NCBI RefSeq assembly: GCF_964213995.1
Contig: NC_135812.1
Span: 79,608,001-79,672,000 of the forward strand
DNA: 64,000 bases
Source of the DNA: Mustelus asterias
Lineage: Eukaryota
Direction: 5' to 3'
Shown here piece after piece: positions 12,811 through 26,168 of this stretch; within the stretch, counting starts at the first letter, position 1, and every line of letters begins with the position of its first letter. Both the position numbers and the translations under genes were made by a program. A model generated the notes under the pieces. The model was not told the DNA's origin. It was given only the letters and a program-made list of their open reading frames with translations, and did not search any database.

Positions 12811-14014
12811 GGGTAAAGACCTCCTGCTGAGATCCCTCCTCCCCCCTATATGATTAGCCTGTCTTCTTTGCTAAAAGCAAAATACTGCAGATGCCAGAAA
12901 TCTGAAATAAAAACAGAGCATGCTGGAAATATTCAGCAGGTTTGGCAGCAGTTGTGGATAATTCTTTTCTCATGACCAATATGACTGTTCTTTGGAACCA
13001 GCACCTTCTTTGGATACTAGTTCCTTGTTCCAAAGTAGAATCATGTTTGACTTGAAATGTTAACTCTGTTTCACTCTCCACAGATGCTTCAAACACTCAG
13101 TACTTCCACAATTCAGCAAGAACCAGTTGATCACAATAAGCAACCAACCTGTGAGTTGGACGATGAAGTTATAAATAGCGCTGATGGAGGAGTTCACTTG
13201 CCAGTGTTTGAGACAGGGTGTTAGCTAAAGTGGTAAGCTCAAAAATGACAGGTCAGGCATCCGCATGCTGGTATTGCCCATGCTGTTGCCCTCAACAACA
13301 GGAAATTGGGTGCTGGCCATCACTTTCACCTAAACCAGCAGTCATAACATCAAACCCATCAGCTGTAACCAAGACTGCAGAGCTGAATCCTATGGCCTAT
13401 GTTTTATTCAATGGGTTACATATGTTCAAGTGTTTGACACACATCCTACCGACACCCACTCAGCCTGAGAAACTACATTCCTATCCTTCACTGGGGTCGC
13501 AGTCTCACTCGAGGGATGTGAACAATCTGATATTTTGTGCGTGACAGCTGTATTTTCATGATTCTAAATATTAATCCAGGGAAATGTTTACTTCAAAAAC
13601 AACATTGAATACAGACAGACTGCTATTATGCTTCTGTCTATTCTAAAATAACTCTGGGGGATTACAGTGGTGGTTGGGGACATTTTAGGAGGGTAACTTC
13701 CTGGAAGAGAATGCGCTTGGAAAATAAAAGTGCATCAAATTGACGTGCGACATAATTTATACCACATCAGAGTAGATACTTGTAACACTCAGCGTTGTTA
13801 TTTAGTTGAGATATATAAAAAGAATCCTCCTACACATATCAATAAACTAATTGTAATCACTAGTTATTCACTAATCCATTTAGTAAGGAGCAGGTTATTG
13901 TCACTGGAGTAGACTATCCAACCACGTGATTCTGCTCTGCCATCACGGCTCATCTGGACATCATTCCATTTACCCATCCTAACTCCATCCCTTGGTTGCC
14001 CTGCTATAGTTATT

Positions 14015-14487
14015 AAACTGGAAAGGGTGCAAAAAGGATTTACAAGGATGTTACCAGGACTGGAAGGTTTGAATTATAAGGGGAGGCTGTATAGGCTGGG
14101 ACTTTTTTCCCTGGAGCATAGGAGGACAAGGGGTGACCTTATAGAGGTTTATAAAATCATGAGCTGCTTAGATGAGTTGAATAGCCAAGGTCTTTTCTCC
14201 AGGGTAGGGGAGTCCAAAACTAAAGAGCATAGGTTTAAGGTGAGAGGGGAAAGATTTAAAAGGGACCTGAGGGACAACTTTTTCACACAGAGGGTGTGTG
14301 AGGAGGTGGTAGAGGCGGGTACAATCACAACATTTAAATGACATTTGGCCAGGTACATGGATAGAGGGATATGGGCCAAACACAGGCAAATGGAACGAGT
14401 TCAGGTTAGGAAACTTGGTTGGCATGGATGAGTTGGGCCGAAGGGCTTGCTTCCATGTTGTATATCTCTATGACTCTATGAATCTAT
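14015..14487 (+). mobile_element. CR1 LINE 3' fragment
   Basis: ORF 14027-14341 (FTRMLPGL...LFSLEHRR.RGDLIEVYKIM); (GACTCTAT)n tail. Confidence 0.9.
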
Positions 14488-15674
14488 ACTGTCAGATCCA
14501 TCATTTACACTGTTACCACTTACCTTTATCACTCCTGATCTTGTTGCTGCTTCTGCCACAATGACTATTCCAATGTTTCCTTGTCTCCTTTCCTTCACCA
14601 TCTAAACCTGAGCTTATCCAAAATTCTACTACTTGTATCCCATCCCAGAGCTGTTCACCAAGCTGACCTTGTTTAATTCTCTATGTGCTGTTAACTAAAG
14701 TTGACATTCATGGAACTAAAGGCAATCATTGACCTACCTAGGAAATTGGCTGAGCAGCAGGAGACAAAAAGTAGGGATAATGGACATCTACTCCTGTTAA
14801 TGGTTCCACTATCTTTACCCCGCGGCAAGGTTACTTTAAATTATTGTTTTCTTAAAACTTCAATTTAAAAGAAATTTCAGATCATTAATGGAACTTTGTC
14901 AGCTTAACCATCGATAGACTGGATCCTGAAATGAAATCTCCTTCCTCCCAGGAGTTTCCAAAACCAGCATAATTATCTCGGGATAGAGCATGCCTAACGG
15001 CATATTATAGCAAAATAAATCTTTTAGTAAGCTTACCAATATCAGCACTTAGAATCCCTAACTTAAAATTCTACAATATAGTTGTTTTATGTGGGCTAGT
15101 GAAGACTATTACTCTTTCACATTTATTTATTAATATTTATTTTAAAAAACAATTATAGATTACATTTTATGGAGAAGATTTATATCATAGCATAAATGGT
15201 AGCACATGCCTGTGCTGCCCATTTCTGCTTCAGCGAGGATCGGAAGACCTCAGAAGAAATGGGGAATATTGTCAGGATGGAAGAAGAAATATTTGTAAAC
15301 CTCTTTGGGGAATTGCACAAGAATGGCCCGAAGGATCTCTCTACAGTGCTGGAGAGAGATCAGTGACTTCACCTGAGTGATTAAGGCCGGTGAATTCTTC
15401 TTCAAATGCTCTACCCAATGCAACACCAACCTTTCATGCTGCTAATCATTCCATCAATCACTCAGCAGAGATCAGGATTTATGCCAAAAATTCAGATCTT
15501 CCACCTCACCCTCACGGTAATACTCTCAGCCTCACACCCACTTATTGCAGCTTCCACACTGTTTCATGTATAAGGAAAGCAATGCTTCATCAGTGTGTTC
15601 TTAGTGAAAGACTTCATTGAACAGATTAGAGATGCTCACCTACAGTGAGCTTGCCTTATGGCAGAGTTACAAGG

Positions 15675-15990
15675 GGTGAGGCGGTGGCGTAGTGGTATTG
15701 TCACTGGATGAGTAATCCAGAGACCTGGAGTAAATGGGTTCTAATCCCGCCACGGCAGATGGTGAAATCTGAATTCAGTAAATAACTGGAATCATGAAAC
15801 CATTGTCAATTGTCATAAAACCCCATCTGGTTCACTAATGTCCTTTAGGAAAGGAAATCTTCTGTCTTTACCCAGTCTGGCCTACACGCGACTCCAGATC
15901 TGCAGCAATGTAAATGACTTTTAAATGCCCTCTGAAATGGCCTACCAAGTTTGAGGGCAATTAGGAATGGGCAACACAATGCAAGCAACA
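15675..15990 (+). mobile_element. tRNA-derived SINE with a tail resembling the CR1/L2-type LINE end near 33010
   Basis: GGCGGTGGCGTAGTGG A-box and GGTTCTAATCCC B-box; 3' GGGCAATTAGGAATGGGCAA. Confidence 0.75.
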
Positions 15991-16489
15991 TACTTCAATC
16001 TATTCATCTATGGCAGAAACATCAGTACTCACTGGCAATTTGCTTCTCTTTTGCAGAATAAGGTCATATATAACCATAGAAGCAGTGGAGAACTGGTAAG
16101 GAAGAGGCAGTAAGAAGTTTCACAACACCAGGGAAGAGGCAGGACCAGGGTCAGAAATCATGAACTCTGGTGTTTCCCCTGTTTCCAGGCCCCTTAATCC
16201 ACCCCCTCTCCCCCTCATACCCTTTGGGTGCCCAGAATTGGGAACCATAGTCAGAGTGGGTTTGAACTGTTTTGTATAGGTTGAGCAAAGGTTCCTGGCT
16301 TTCATACTCACTGACTGTATTTGTAAAGAACACAAAAGCCCAGGTTTGCAATCACAGCTTTGTCAGACAATTACACATAACCCTGGTCATTCATATTATG
16401 TAACCAGCTCTCCTTCTTTGACCCTGACCCTATACAATATCTGGACAGCAACATCCAAACTGAAAGCAATGCCATGTACAAATGAGTAG

Positions 16490-17050
16490 GTCACTTGGTA
16501 GTATAGAATATGAGGAATGGACTAGGGAATGGCTGTGCCCTAACCTTTTGTTTCACTGAAAAAGGCATGGACTTGTTCTTTATGTTTGTAAAGGGCAGGG
16601 AATGTGTGTGAATGTATGTAGCTTCTGGAACACGTAAGTCAGTTACACTGTGATCACAACTGATAATCTTAAATTGGTTGCTGGTGTAATCCTTCTCACA
16701 ATCAGCACTGGAAAGTAAATGTTGTCTAATTGCAAAATCACATCTAATGTTGGACATTATTATTCTGAGTTTTGCAAGCACAGGTTGGTTGCAGAATGTC
16801 AGTGTTCTGCCTGTTGTGAACAGCTGTGCTGTTGATATGATCCACCAGTCACTGGAACATACCGCCTACACAGCAGATATGACATGGCACAGAAATTTAT
16901 ATACCACATTACACGGTGTGCTAGGCAGAACATGTTTCTAGCTTGATGGCAGCATCCTGTTAGTGGGAAATGCCACTTGAATTGCTATTGCATAGTAACA
17001 GCTCGCTTCACCTGTTGCTCAAATTTTTGATCCCTTACAAAAAGCAATTA
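16490..17050 (-). mobile_element. Degraded Penelope-like element C-terminus
   Basis: ORF 16491-16781 (AIRQHLL...FKII...LRVPEATYIH) resembles a GIY-YIG C-terminal helix region. Confidence 0.7.
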
Positions 17051-17289
17051 GGCTTCCTGTGAGCCTTTCATTCTCCATCAGTAACAAACCAAACAGCAGC
17101 TATCTCTGATTAACACAACATTAAACATATTTACTTTTAAAAAAGTAAGTATTAACCTTGCTGGGCATAAAAAGTCAACGTCAAAGCAATAAATTGATGA
17201 GTTAAAAATAAGCAATTAATACAAATGATAATTAAAAAGTGCTATGTAGCAGATCTAACTAATGGAAGCTTACAGTGATGCACATTTCA

Positions 17290-17755
17290 AATGTGTGCAT
17301 GTGTGTGTGTGCATGTGTGCGTGTATGTGCGTGTGTGTGCGTGTGCATGTGTGTGTGCGTGTGCATGTGTGAGTGTGTGGTGTGTTGCACTCCTGGCCTC
17401 AGAATTCTCTCACTCACATAAACAAACTCACTCACACTCGCACACTTACCCTCACGTACACATTCATTCTCATGCACGCTCTCATGCATAGACACTCTCT
17501 GAGCCACATGCACTCTCTCTCACACACACTTACTCTTATGCATACATTCATCCTCATGCGCACACTCTCTCATGCGCAGACACTCACACACACACACACT
17601 CTCACACAATCTCATACTCTCTTTCAGATGCTGTCTCTTACACATACTCACTCATAGGCATGCACTCACTATTATGCACACATTCACTTGCATGAACACA
17701 CACCTTCACACAGTTTCCTTCTTTCTCACAAACTCATTGATTTTCTCATCACACT
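17290..17755. repeat. Imperfect (TG)n followed by (CA)-rich microsatellite
   Basis: Directly visible. Confidence 0.95.
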
Positions 17756-18442
17756 CAGGGGAACCCTGAGCCAGGACCACGATATCTATCTGAGAACAAG
17801 TTGAGAAGGGAAGGATGGGGGAAGGGCCACAGACACAATTGGCTGAGGGGGGTCCTGGAGGAGAGGTTGGGAAACCAAGGGCTTTTCGGGAATTAGGCAA
17901 CAATAGAGGTACTGGATTTACCTTACTTACACTCCAGCAACCTCCATCCAAATCTGAAATTGGAAGAGTGAAGAAAGCAGCACCCAACAAGGTCCAAACA
18001 GCGCAATCCATGGGGTAAACAAGAGAAGAGGGGCTGGGAAATCTTGTACTCAGCCAACGATTGCTCTTGTTCAGATCACACCAGATTGGCTGCTTTGGAC
18101 GTTGGCTATCCTGATTGACAGGCTAATCAGCCATTGAGCATGGACCGCCCTAGAGCAATGGTTCCCAACCTTTTCCTTTATGTGGACTATTAGATCATCA
18201 TCAAAAGCTTTTGTGGACCACAACATACGCAAGCTGCTTTGAACATTTTTTTTACATAGCTAGTGGCTGACGGGAGTCAAACTTATATATCAATGGGTAT
18301 TAAAATCGTAGCTATTTCTCACAGTTTATGATGCACATTCACAAATACATTGCACTTATCACAGCACATTTACCTGCAGTAGGCCTGCCAGTGGAAACAG
18401 ATAACGCTTACCTAATGAGAAGGCTGATGTTATTTTGCAGAC

Positions 18443-18748
18443 ACATGGTGGCACAGTGGTTAGCATTGCTGCCTCACAGCACCAGGGACCCGAGTTCGAT
18501 TCCCGGCTTGGGTCACTGTCTGTGCGGAGTCTGCACGTTTTCCCCACGTCTGCGTGGGTTTCCTCCGGGTACTCCAGTTTCCTCACACAGTCCGAAAGAT
18601 GTGCTGGTTAGGTGAATCGGCCATGCTAAATTCCCCCTCAGTGTATCCAGATAGATGCTAGAGCATGGCGACTAGAGGATTTTCACAGTAGCTTCATTGC
18701 AGTGTTAATGTAAACCTACTTATGACACAAATAAACGAAATAAAAATA
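18443..18748 (+). mobile_element. HE1-headed SINE, alternative-tail subtype
   Basis: GGTGGCACAGTGG/GTTCGATTCC head; tail GATTTTCACAGTA.CTTCATTGCAGTGTTAATGTAA.CCTACTT.TGACA plus AATAAA. Confidence 0.9.
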
Positions 18749-19157
18749 ATTAAATGCTGAATGTCAGGTCCCAGGGTTGACAGTCTCAGTTGGAGATATG
18801 GTTCAATTTTAAGTTTATTTGGATATTTGGTCTTCAATGCGACAAGCTCTGAAAACCCAGTTTCAAAAAGGTGGATTGTAGGAAAAGGCATCAGGAACTT
18901 TACTGCCTTGTTGGACAGTTCTGGGCATTCTGAAGCAACTCTAAGCTAAACATCAGTAAGGTAATTTCGAGAAAAACCCAGCTTTAAAGCACTGTCACGG
19001 GATAGTTCCACAAGGCTGTCTCGTGAGGTCAGACTTGTGAGGATGTCATCATCAAGGCTCACAATGGGGTTTTGTATCCAGTTGAACTTTGTGTTGGGAA
19101 CAGGGAAGTACTCAGGTAGCTGTGTGTTCAAACTTTACAGGTGCTCTCTGATGTCAT

Positions 19158-19392
19158 GTTTCTTCAGCCAGAGAGTGGTGAATCTGTGGAACTCTTTGCA
19201 CAGAAGGCTGTGGAGGCCAGGTCATTGAGTGTCTTTAAGACAGAGATAGATAGGCTCTTGATTAATAAGGGGGTCAGGGGTTATGGGGAAAAGGCAGGAG
19301 AATGGGGATGAGAAAAATATCAGCCATGATTGAATAGCGGAGCAGACTCGATGGGCCGAGTGGCTTACTTCTGCTCCTATGACTTATGGTCT
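19158..19392 (+). mobile_element. CR1 LINE 3' end
   Basis: FFSQRVVNLWNSL and a 3' UTR like the CR1 end near 53410. Confidence 0.9.
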
Positions 19393-20399
19393 TATGGTAT
19401 TCACACTGTTTGGAAGCAGCATTTCTGCCATGGCCAAAAAATCTGACAGAGTCACAAAGGAGTCATAATTACCAAGTTGTTTGGCCCACATCTCTGTTTT
19501 CTTGATAATCACTTGTATTTTGTCCTGCACATGAAAAACCGTCACTGATTCTACAATACAAATTGTGTTTAAAGTTATCTGCAGATTAGAAATCACTGTT
19601 TGACTGCCTGGGGTTGATAATTTTGCACGGATTGATGCTGGACTTGGGTCCTTTCATCACCATCTGCAAACTCTGAACAATGACGGGGCAGTTGACCAGG
19701 TTTAGATTCTGTCCGAGGTGGAATTTATCGAGCAAAGCTTTTGGGAATTGTGTCTGCTGTGGCCACTTCTGGACCTGCTTTCAACAAATGCTCTTTTGGC
19801 CTTTCAAACAGATTTTCCCATTCAATCCGAGCCGTTAAGAAATCGAGCAAAGGGTCCATGTTGGGTGGTTCATCATGAGCTTCATCTGTGCATTTACTTG
19901 AGATGGTTCCTCCAGCTGTAAGTTGGAAAACAATCTGTTATTTAACCCAATATTTCTGTTCCCCTTGGTGATTTCCATTACTGTCGGCACCTCATGCCCG
20001 TATACAAACTCCACATTTTGATCAGATGAGCGATCAGCAATGCTGAGAAATTTGAACTGTGTTGACTCATTGCTTATCTGTATGTGCTCATTAGAGGTAA
20101 TAGATGGAAAATCTGCCTCTGGGGCTTGGTGACCACTGATGCATCTTCAACCAGTCTTATTTCTTTATTATTGAGAAAGCTTTCCAGCTCCCTTTTCCAT
20201 TTTCCAACAGTATTGCCAATTTCAGGAACAATTTCTTTGGTCAGGTCAAATCTCCTTGTCATTACATCCTCTGCGCTGTGCAAGATCCCACCAGCAACAC
20301 AATTCAAATCAGTTATTTGGTTGTCTGGTGCTGCAGTGCAGTTCAGCACGCCTACCATCCATTTATCATTCATTCCTTTTTGAATCAGATAGTGTGGTT

Positions 20400-20717
20400 T
20401 CATAGAATCCCTACAGTGCAGAAGGAGGCCATTCAGCCCATCAAGTCTGCATTGACTTTTTGACAGAGTATCTGACCCAGGCCCTCACCCCGTAACCCCA
20501 AACATTTACCACGGCTAATCCACCTAATCTACACATTTTGGGACACTAAGGAGCAATTTAGCATGGCCAATCCACTGCACATCTTTCGACTGTGGAAGGA
20601 AACCGGAGCACCCAGAGGAAACCCATGCAGACATGGGGAGAATGTGCAAACTCCACGCAGATAGTGACCTGAGGCCGGAATTGAACCCGGGTCCCTGGCG
20701 CTGTGAGGCAGCAGTGA
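20400..20717 (-). mobile_element. HE1-type SINE
   Basis: Body colinear with other copies; GATTCTATG tail. Confidence 0.9.
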
Positions 20718-21308
20718 TATGGGAGAATGGTAAAGGGCACACACATTGAGATGCTTGGTGCGCAGGCAGGCCTGCCAGGCAAGCTGCTGTCGCTGCCAAG
20801 ATGCATGGAGGAGACCCCCTCACCCACAATATCCCAGCCAATGTTGCCTGCTCCTGCCTGGCAGGATTTGCATAGAAAATAAGGGTCATGGTCATCTTCA
20901 CTGGCAAGTCTAGCCTTGCGCTGTTTGTGTGGCCTTAGGTCAGGTGGAGCTAGGTGGTGTCATTCAGTGAAAATCTCCTTGGTGAATCACAGCCGCCTCA
21001 AGAACTGATCCTGGCTGAGGTGGTGATGAGACAAGTAGTGTCTGAACCCCCGTGATAGCTCTGACTTGACTCAAGTTTCCCCCTTCCTCCTCCCCCTCCG
21101 TACAGTTTCCTCTCTTTGTTTCCTTGTACAGTTTCCCCTCTCTGTTTCCGGCGCTTCATTTCCATTAAGTGCCACAGCGCAGGAGTGACTGCCACTGTAG
21201 TGTTCCATTGCTGGAGCTGGCTTTTTCTTGACAGGCCTTCCAACTTGCTTGTGGTATTCCAACACCAATACCTTGTGAACCCAAACAGTTTTCCAAACTC
21301 ATCCAATA

Positions 21309-21864
21309 ATGCTGCAACTGTACAGGACCTTGGTGAGACCACATTTGGAATATTGTGTGCAGTTCTGGTCACCTCACTATAAGAAGGATGTGGAAGCGCT
21401 GGAAAGAGTGCAGAGGAGATTCACCAGGATGCTGCCTGGTTTGGAGGGTAGGTCTTATGAGGAAAGGTTGAGGGAGCTAGGGCTGTTCTCTCTGGAGCGG
21501 AGGAGGCTGAGGGGAGACTTAATAGAGGTTTATAAAATGATGAAGGGGATAGATAGAGTGAACGTTCAAAGACTATTTCCTCGGGTGGATGGAGCTATTA
21601 CAAGGGGGCATAACTATAGGGTTCAAGGTGGGAGATATAGGAAGGATATCAGAGGTAGGTTCTTTACGCAGAGAGTGGTTGGGGTGTGGAATGGACTGCC
21701 TGCAGTGATAGTGGAGTCAGACACTTTAGGAACATTTAAGCGGTTATTGGATAGGCACATGGAGCACACCAGGATGATAGGGAGTGGGATAGCTTGATCT
21801 TGGTTTCAGATAAAGCTCGGCACAACATCGTGGGCCGAAGGGCCTGTTCTGTGCTGTACTGTTC
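21309..21864 (+). mobile_element. CR1 LINE 3' fragment (young, open frame)
   Basis: ORF 21309-21797, LVRPHLEYCVQFWSP...RGDLIEVYK...WNGLP. Confidence 0.95.
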
Positions 21865-22339
21865 GAAAACAATCAACACAAGACTTCCATTCATTGTGCA
21901 ACAGTGAAAATAGTCACAAATACCTTACCAGAAAACCCTATGCCGATGTTTTTAAAGAGCAACGATCAGCTTAAAAAGATAGCATGTTGTTCATCAAATC
22001 AGCATTGGGCATTGCTTGGCGTCACATTTTGCTCACCCTGCATGCCATCCTGGTGCATGTATGGCACAGCCACATGAGCAGTCTTACAACCACAGCATAC
22101 CACACCAGAACTGGGTGGAAGCAATCCAAGTGACATTTTTGGCACACCGGTTCTCCACACCACCCACATGAATAGCACTGAGGAGCTCAATTTTGGGGCT
22201 TAAATGTTTGTTTCAGAAATGCTTGTTGGGATGTTTAAACAACAGCTAAACTTGCAGTGAAAACCCTGACGCAGAACGTTTCTGCATCATCACGGTTTAT
22301 CAGATGAACAAATGAATATTAAAGTTTTTAAAAGTTAAT

Positions 22340-22712
22340 TTATGTCATAAGTAGGCTTACATTGGAGTTACAGTGGGGGTAGGGCCTGGGTGGGATTGTG
22401 GTCGGTGCAGACTCGATGGGCCGAATGGCCTCCTTCTGCACTGTAGGGTTTCTATGATTTCTATGATTTCTACATTAACACCGTAATGAAGTTACTGTGA
22501 AAATCCTCTAGTCGCGACACTCTGGCGCCTGTTCGGGTACACTCAGGGAGAATTTAGCATTGCCAATGCACCGACATATCTTCTGGACTGTGGGAGAAAA
22601 CCAGAGCACCCAGAGGTAACTCACACAGACACGGGGAGAACATGTAGACTCCACACAGACAGTGACCCAAGCTGGGAATAGAAGCCGTGTCCCTGGCGCT
22701 GTGATAACCACT
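22340..22712 (-). mobile_element. Alternative-tail SINE with a nested + strand HE1 tail (about 22375-22470)
   Basis: Both tail types visible; TACATT repeated on either side of the nested piece. Confidence 0.75.
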
Positions 22713-23305
22713 GCAAATTTCTGCTTCTAACATTTTGGCTACAGCAGTTTTATGAGTCTGTGCCAAATGTGATTGAGCTTTAACTCTGCATCCTGCTTCC
22801 CTAATGATCAACTGCTTTGGGTAAAGAGAAAAGTTTTGTATGGTTATCATGACAGTTTCAGTTGATTTGTTTTTGTTATATATGGTAAACCTCAGCTCTG
22901 CAGCTGAATCCTCACTGCAAGCTGTCACCTGCTCCTTTGCAAGTTGTTAGGAACTGTGGTTTTGAAGCATAATTAAAACTTAATCTTTGATGAATGGAGA
23001 GGATATGGATTTTATGATTTTTAAAAAAAAATTGCTGCTTTGCTTCCACTCCATTTTGCAAACAGAGACAGGATGAGAACCTTTGGAAGATTTCTGCAGA
23101 TTCGCAGAGCATGAGAATGAGATTTCCATTGATAGGAAAGAGATGACAATCAGATCGATTCTGCCATTGTTTCACCAGATTGCTAACCAGACAATGAAGA
23201 TGATAATTTAGCTCTAAATATTTATAGTTACTCAAGAATGTTCGAATCATTTGCTTTGAGCCTTTGTTCATTAATTCGTTTTCACACCCTGTGTATAATC
23301 CTGTT

Positions 23306-23537
23306 AGAAGTCTCACAACACCAGGTTAAAGTCCAACAGGTTTATTTGGTAGCAAATACCATAAGCTTTCGGAGCACTGCTCCTTCGTCAGGGGCAGCGA
23401 CACTCATTCGGCTAGACGAAGGAGCATTGCTCCGAAAGCTTATGGTATTTGCTACCAAATAAACCTGTTGGACTTTAACCTGGTGTTGTGAGACTTCTTA
23501 CTGTGCTTACCCCAGTCCAACGCCGGCATCTCCACAT
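23306..23537. mobile_element. Palindromic Penelope pLTR-derived insertion
   Basis: ~84-bp inverted arms; 12-bp TSD TATAATCCTGTT (23294-23305, 23538-23549); hammerhead-like core. Confidence 0.85.
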
Positions 23538-23637
23538 TATAATCCTGTTTCCAGGCCCCACTTAAAGTAGATCATTGTATTTTGACAGCTAACATATCCT
23601 TACATTCTACAAGCTCCACTTCATGGATTTGGCCAAG

Positions 23638-24075
23638 TGTGATGACTTCAGCCAGGCTAATGAGGTTGGCTTGCTAGAGTATGAACTACTATCCTCATTC
23701 CGCGCCCGCAGGGCACCGCAGGGGCTGGGGTGTATTATAAACCCCGAAAATCACATTATGATTTAATGTTTTAAGTTTCCTTTCGACTTTGTCTTTTGTT
23801 CGGGCTGTTCCCCCTCCTTTTGGGGAGCTGCCCCCTTTAATTTGTCCCTAAGTTAATTCGAGTTTCGTTTATTAAGTTGGTACCTTAAAAGAGATACCTG
23901 ATGAGTCCTAATAGATGGTTAAATCAGGGAGCCTCATGCTCCCTATTTAAAGCAGGTGTGTCAGACTCCCAGTCTGCATTCAGCAGGGAGCAACTGGAGA
24001 GCTGGCTGTGTATAAATGAATTGTATAAATAAAGTAACTTGGTGACGGGACTTTCACCTCCGTGGAGTTATTACA
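23638..24075 (+). mobile_element. Probable solo LTR interrupted by a Tx1 3' fragment (about 23695-23893)
   Basis: TGTGAT...ATTACA ends with TATTTAAA and AATAAA; insert reads FRARRAPQGLGCIINPENHIMI* then a U-rich UTR ending AAAAGAG. No clean TSD. Confidence 0.55.
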
Positions 24076-24107
24076 CTATGTTTACTGGAAATTCGGCTCA
24101 CAAATGA

Positions 24108-24482
24108 GCGGCATGGTGGCACAGTGGTTAGCACTGCTGCCTCACAGCGCCAGGGACCTGGGTTCAGTTCCAGCCTCGGGTGACTGTTTGAGTGGGGTTT
24201 GCAAGTTCTCCCTGTGTCTGCGCAGGTTTCCTCTGAGTGCTCCGGTTTCCTCCCACACTCCAAAAATGTGCGGGTTAGGTGGATTGGCCATGCTAAATTG
24301 TCCCTTAGTGTCCTAAGATGTGTCGGTTAGATGGATTGGCCATTGTTCCTTACAGTCAAGGGGATTAGCAGGGTAAATACGTCGGGATATGGCCTAGTTG
24401 GGATTGTTGTTGGTGCACGCTCAGTGGGCCGAATGGCCTATTTCTGCACTGTTGATGATTATGATTAATGCACTATGATTCT
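24108..24482 (+). mobile_element. HE1-type SINE
   Basis: A/B boxes and standard body. Confidence 0.9.
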
Positions 24483-25152
24483 GTTTGATGAAATAATTAC
24501 AAGATGCACAATTTTCAGCCCAATGCCATGGCTGCAGATTAGCTCCAACACATGTAATTATGCACAAGCATTATTCCCAGCTGATTGTAAAATATTTATA
24601 TTGTATTTCTGTTTATTGGATTCACTGCATTCTATTTTTCTGTGTTTAAATGAAATGTGCAATGGTTTTATTTTCTCTTTGTGTGGGTTGAACTGACACC
24701 TAAGCGGAAATTTAGATATGCATCAGTGCTCAATAAGATGTGCTATCAGAAAGACCTTGTGAACATTAAGAATGGCCGCGCAAACAGTCCACACCTTACA
24801 GATTCTCTTTTTGTTAATGATTTCAGGAGCAAGGACAGGTAGGAAGGAAGAGGCTTTTCTGTGAAATCTTTCAATCGTTTAAGAATTGTGGTGTGTTAAC
24901 TCAAACTTTAGTGCTTTTCAGCACAAAGAAAATATCCAAGATCTGTTTTACAAAGTATATGAGGCTGAAGTTATCTTACATATTCGATCTGTCTTCGAAA
25001 GTCTCCTCCAAAACGTATTCCCTCCACGCTTCACTTTAACTTTAAAACTTCCCTTCAAACCTATCTCTTTAAGTTTTTGATTATTTCTCTTTTCTTTGAC
25101 ATGGCATAGAATTTCCTCAGGCCTCTGCAGCATTCTCTGGGAACATGTTTCT

Positions 25153-25301
25153 ACAGTAAGAAGTTTAACAACACCAGGTTAAAGTCCAACAGGTTTATTT
25201 GGTAGCAAAAGCCACACATATAAACTTGTTGGACTTTAACCTGGTGTTGTTAAACTTCTTGCTGTGTTTACCCGAGTCCAACACCGGCATCTCCACATCA
25301 T
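25153..25301. mobile_element. Short palindromic Penelope pLTR-derived insertion
   Basis: Inverted arms of the same family as 23306-23537; 11-bp TSD AACATGTTTCT (25142-25152, 25302-25312). Confidence 0.85.
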
Positions 25302-26168
25302 AACATGTTTCTTTGTCAGAAGGAACTTATAGAAATGCATGCAAATGTCTTATTATGTGACGATGTGATAACTTTAATGTAAGTTTGATTAAAAACAGAA
25401 TGATGAAAGAAAACATTTTGGTGTTAAAATAATTGCAATTTACATACAAAAAGTAGAAGTTTAAAAAGTCAAAATTGATTTATTAGTCACAAGTAAGGCT
25501 TACATTAACACTGCAATTAAGTCACTGTAAAATTCCCGTGACTTTTACTGCGAATTACTGTGAAAATATATAATTACAGATCTTGCCAGAACAGCATTGA
25601 ACTAATGGAGATCTTTGAGCGGTGAAGAGGTTTAAACATAGATCTTGATTCAACAAACCTGGCGGGCCTTTTAGCTTCTTAAAAAATTTGAATTACATTC
25701 AGCGTGTAAAAGCTTTCATTATCACAAAAACACTCTTTCAAAACTGCATCTCTACTGGAGTGCTGCAGCTGAAATTAATCAGAGCTTTTAATAGCCTTAT
25801 CTATTCTCAATCGGATAATAGTCATTTCAATAGGATCAAAAAAATTGATTCACATTTCTTTTGTTTCAAATTTTTAATCCAAAAATATTTTCAAAGTGAT
25901 TTCGATCCCAGTTTTGACAATTTTTGGAAAGTACAAATGAACATTAATATGTGCGTTCCTATAGATTAATTGATGAGTCGCTTCAAAATAGTTTTGATTG
26001 GCTTCACAAATTCCTTCAATGCAATGAATACTTTCTTAAATCCTACTGTACATTTTATGTCTGCAACTATGTACCTGACCATCATCTTAGACACAATGAT
26101 GGGTTTAATTGACCATATGTAACTTGCAGAAATTTTCAGCAAATTGACAATTCAAGCAACAGCTAAAT

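Larger units (their letters stand above)
18156..19600 (-). mobile_element. hAT (Charlie-like) transposon remnant, C-terminal transposase
   Basis: TIR CAATGGTTCCCAAC after CCCTAGAG; minus ORFs include PFPTIHLFETGFSELVALKTKY...LRLS (dimerisation domain) and NWIQNP...LVELSRD. Interrupted by a SINE and a CR1 tail. Confidence 0.85.
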
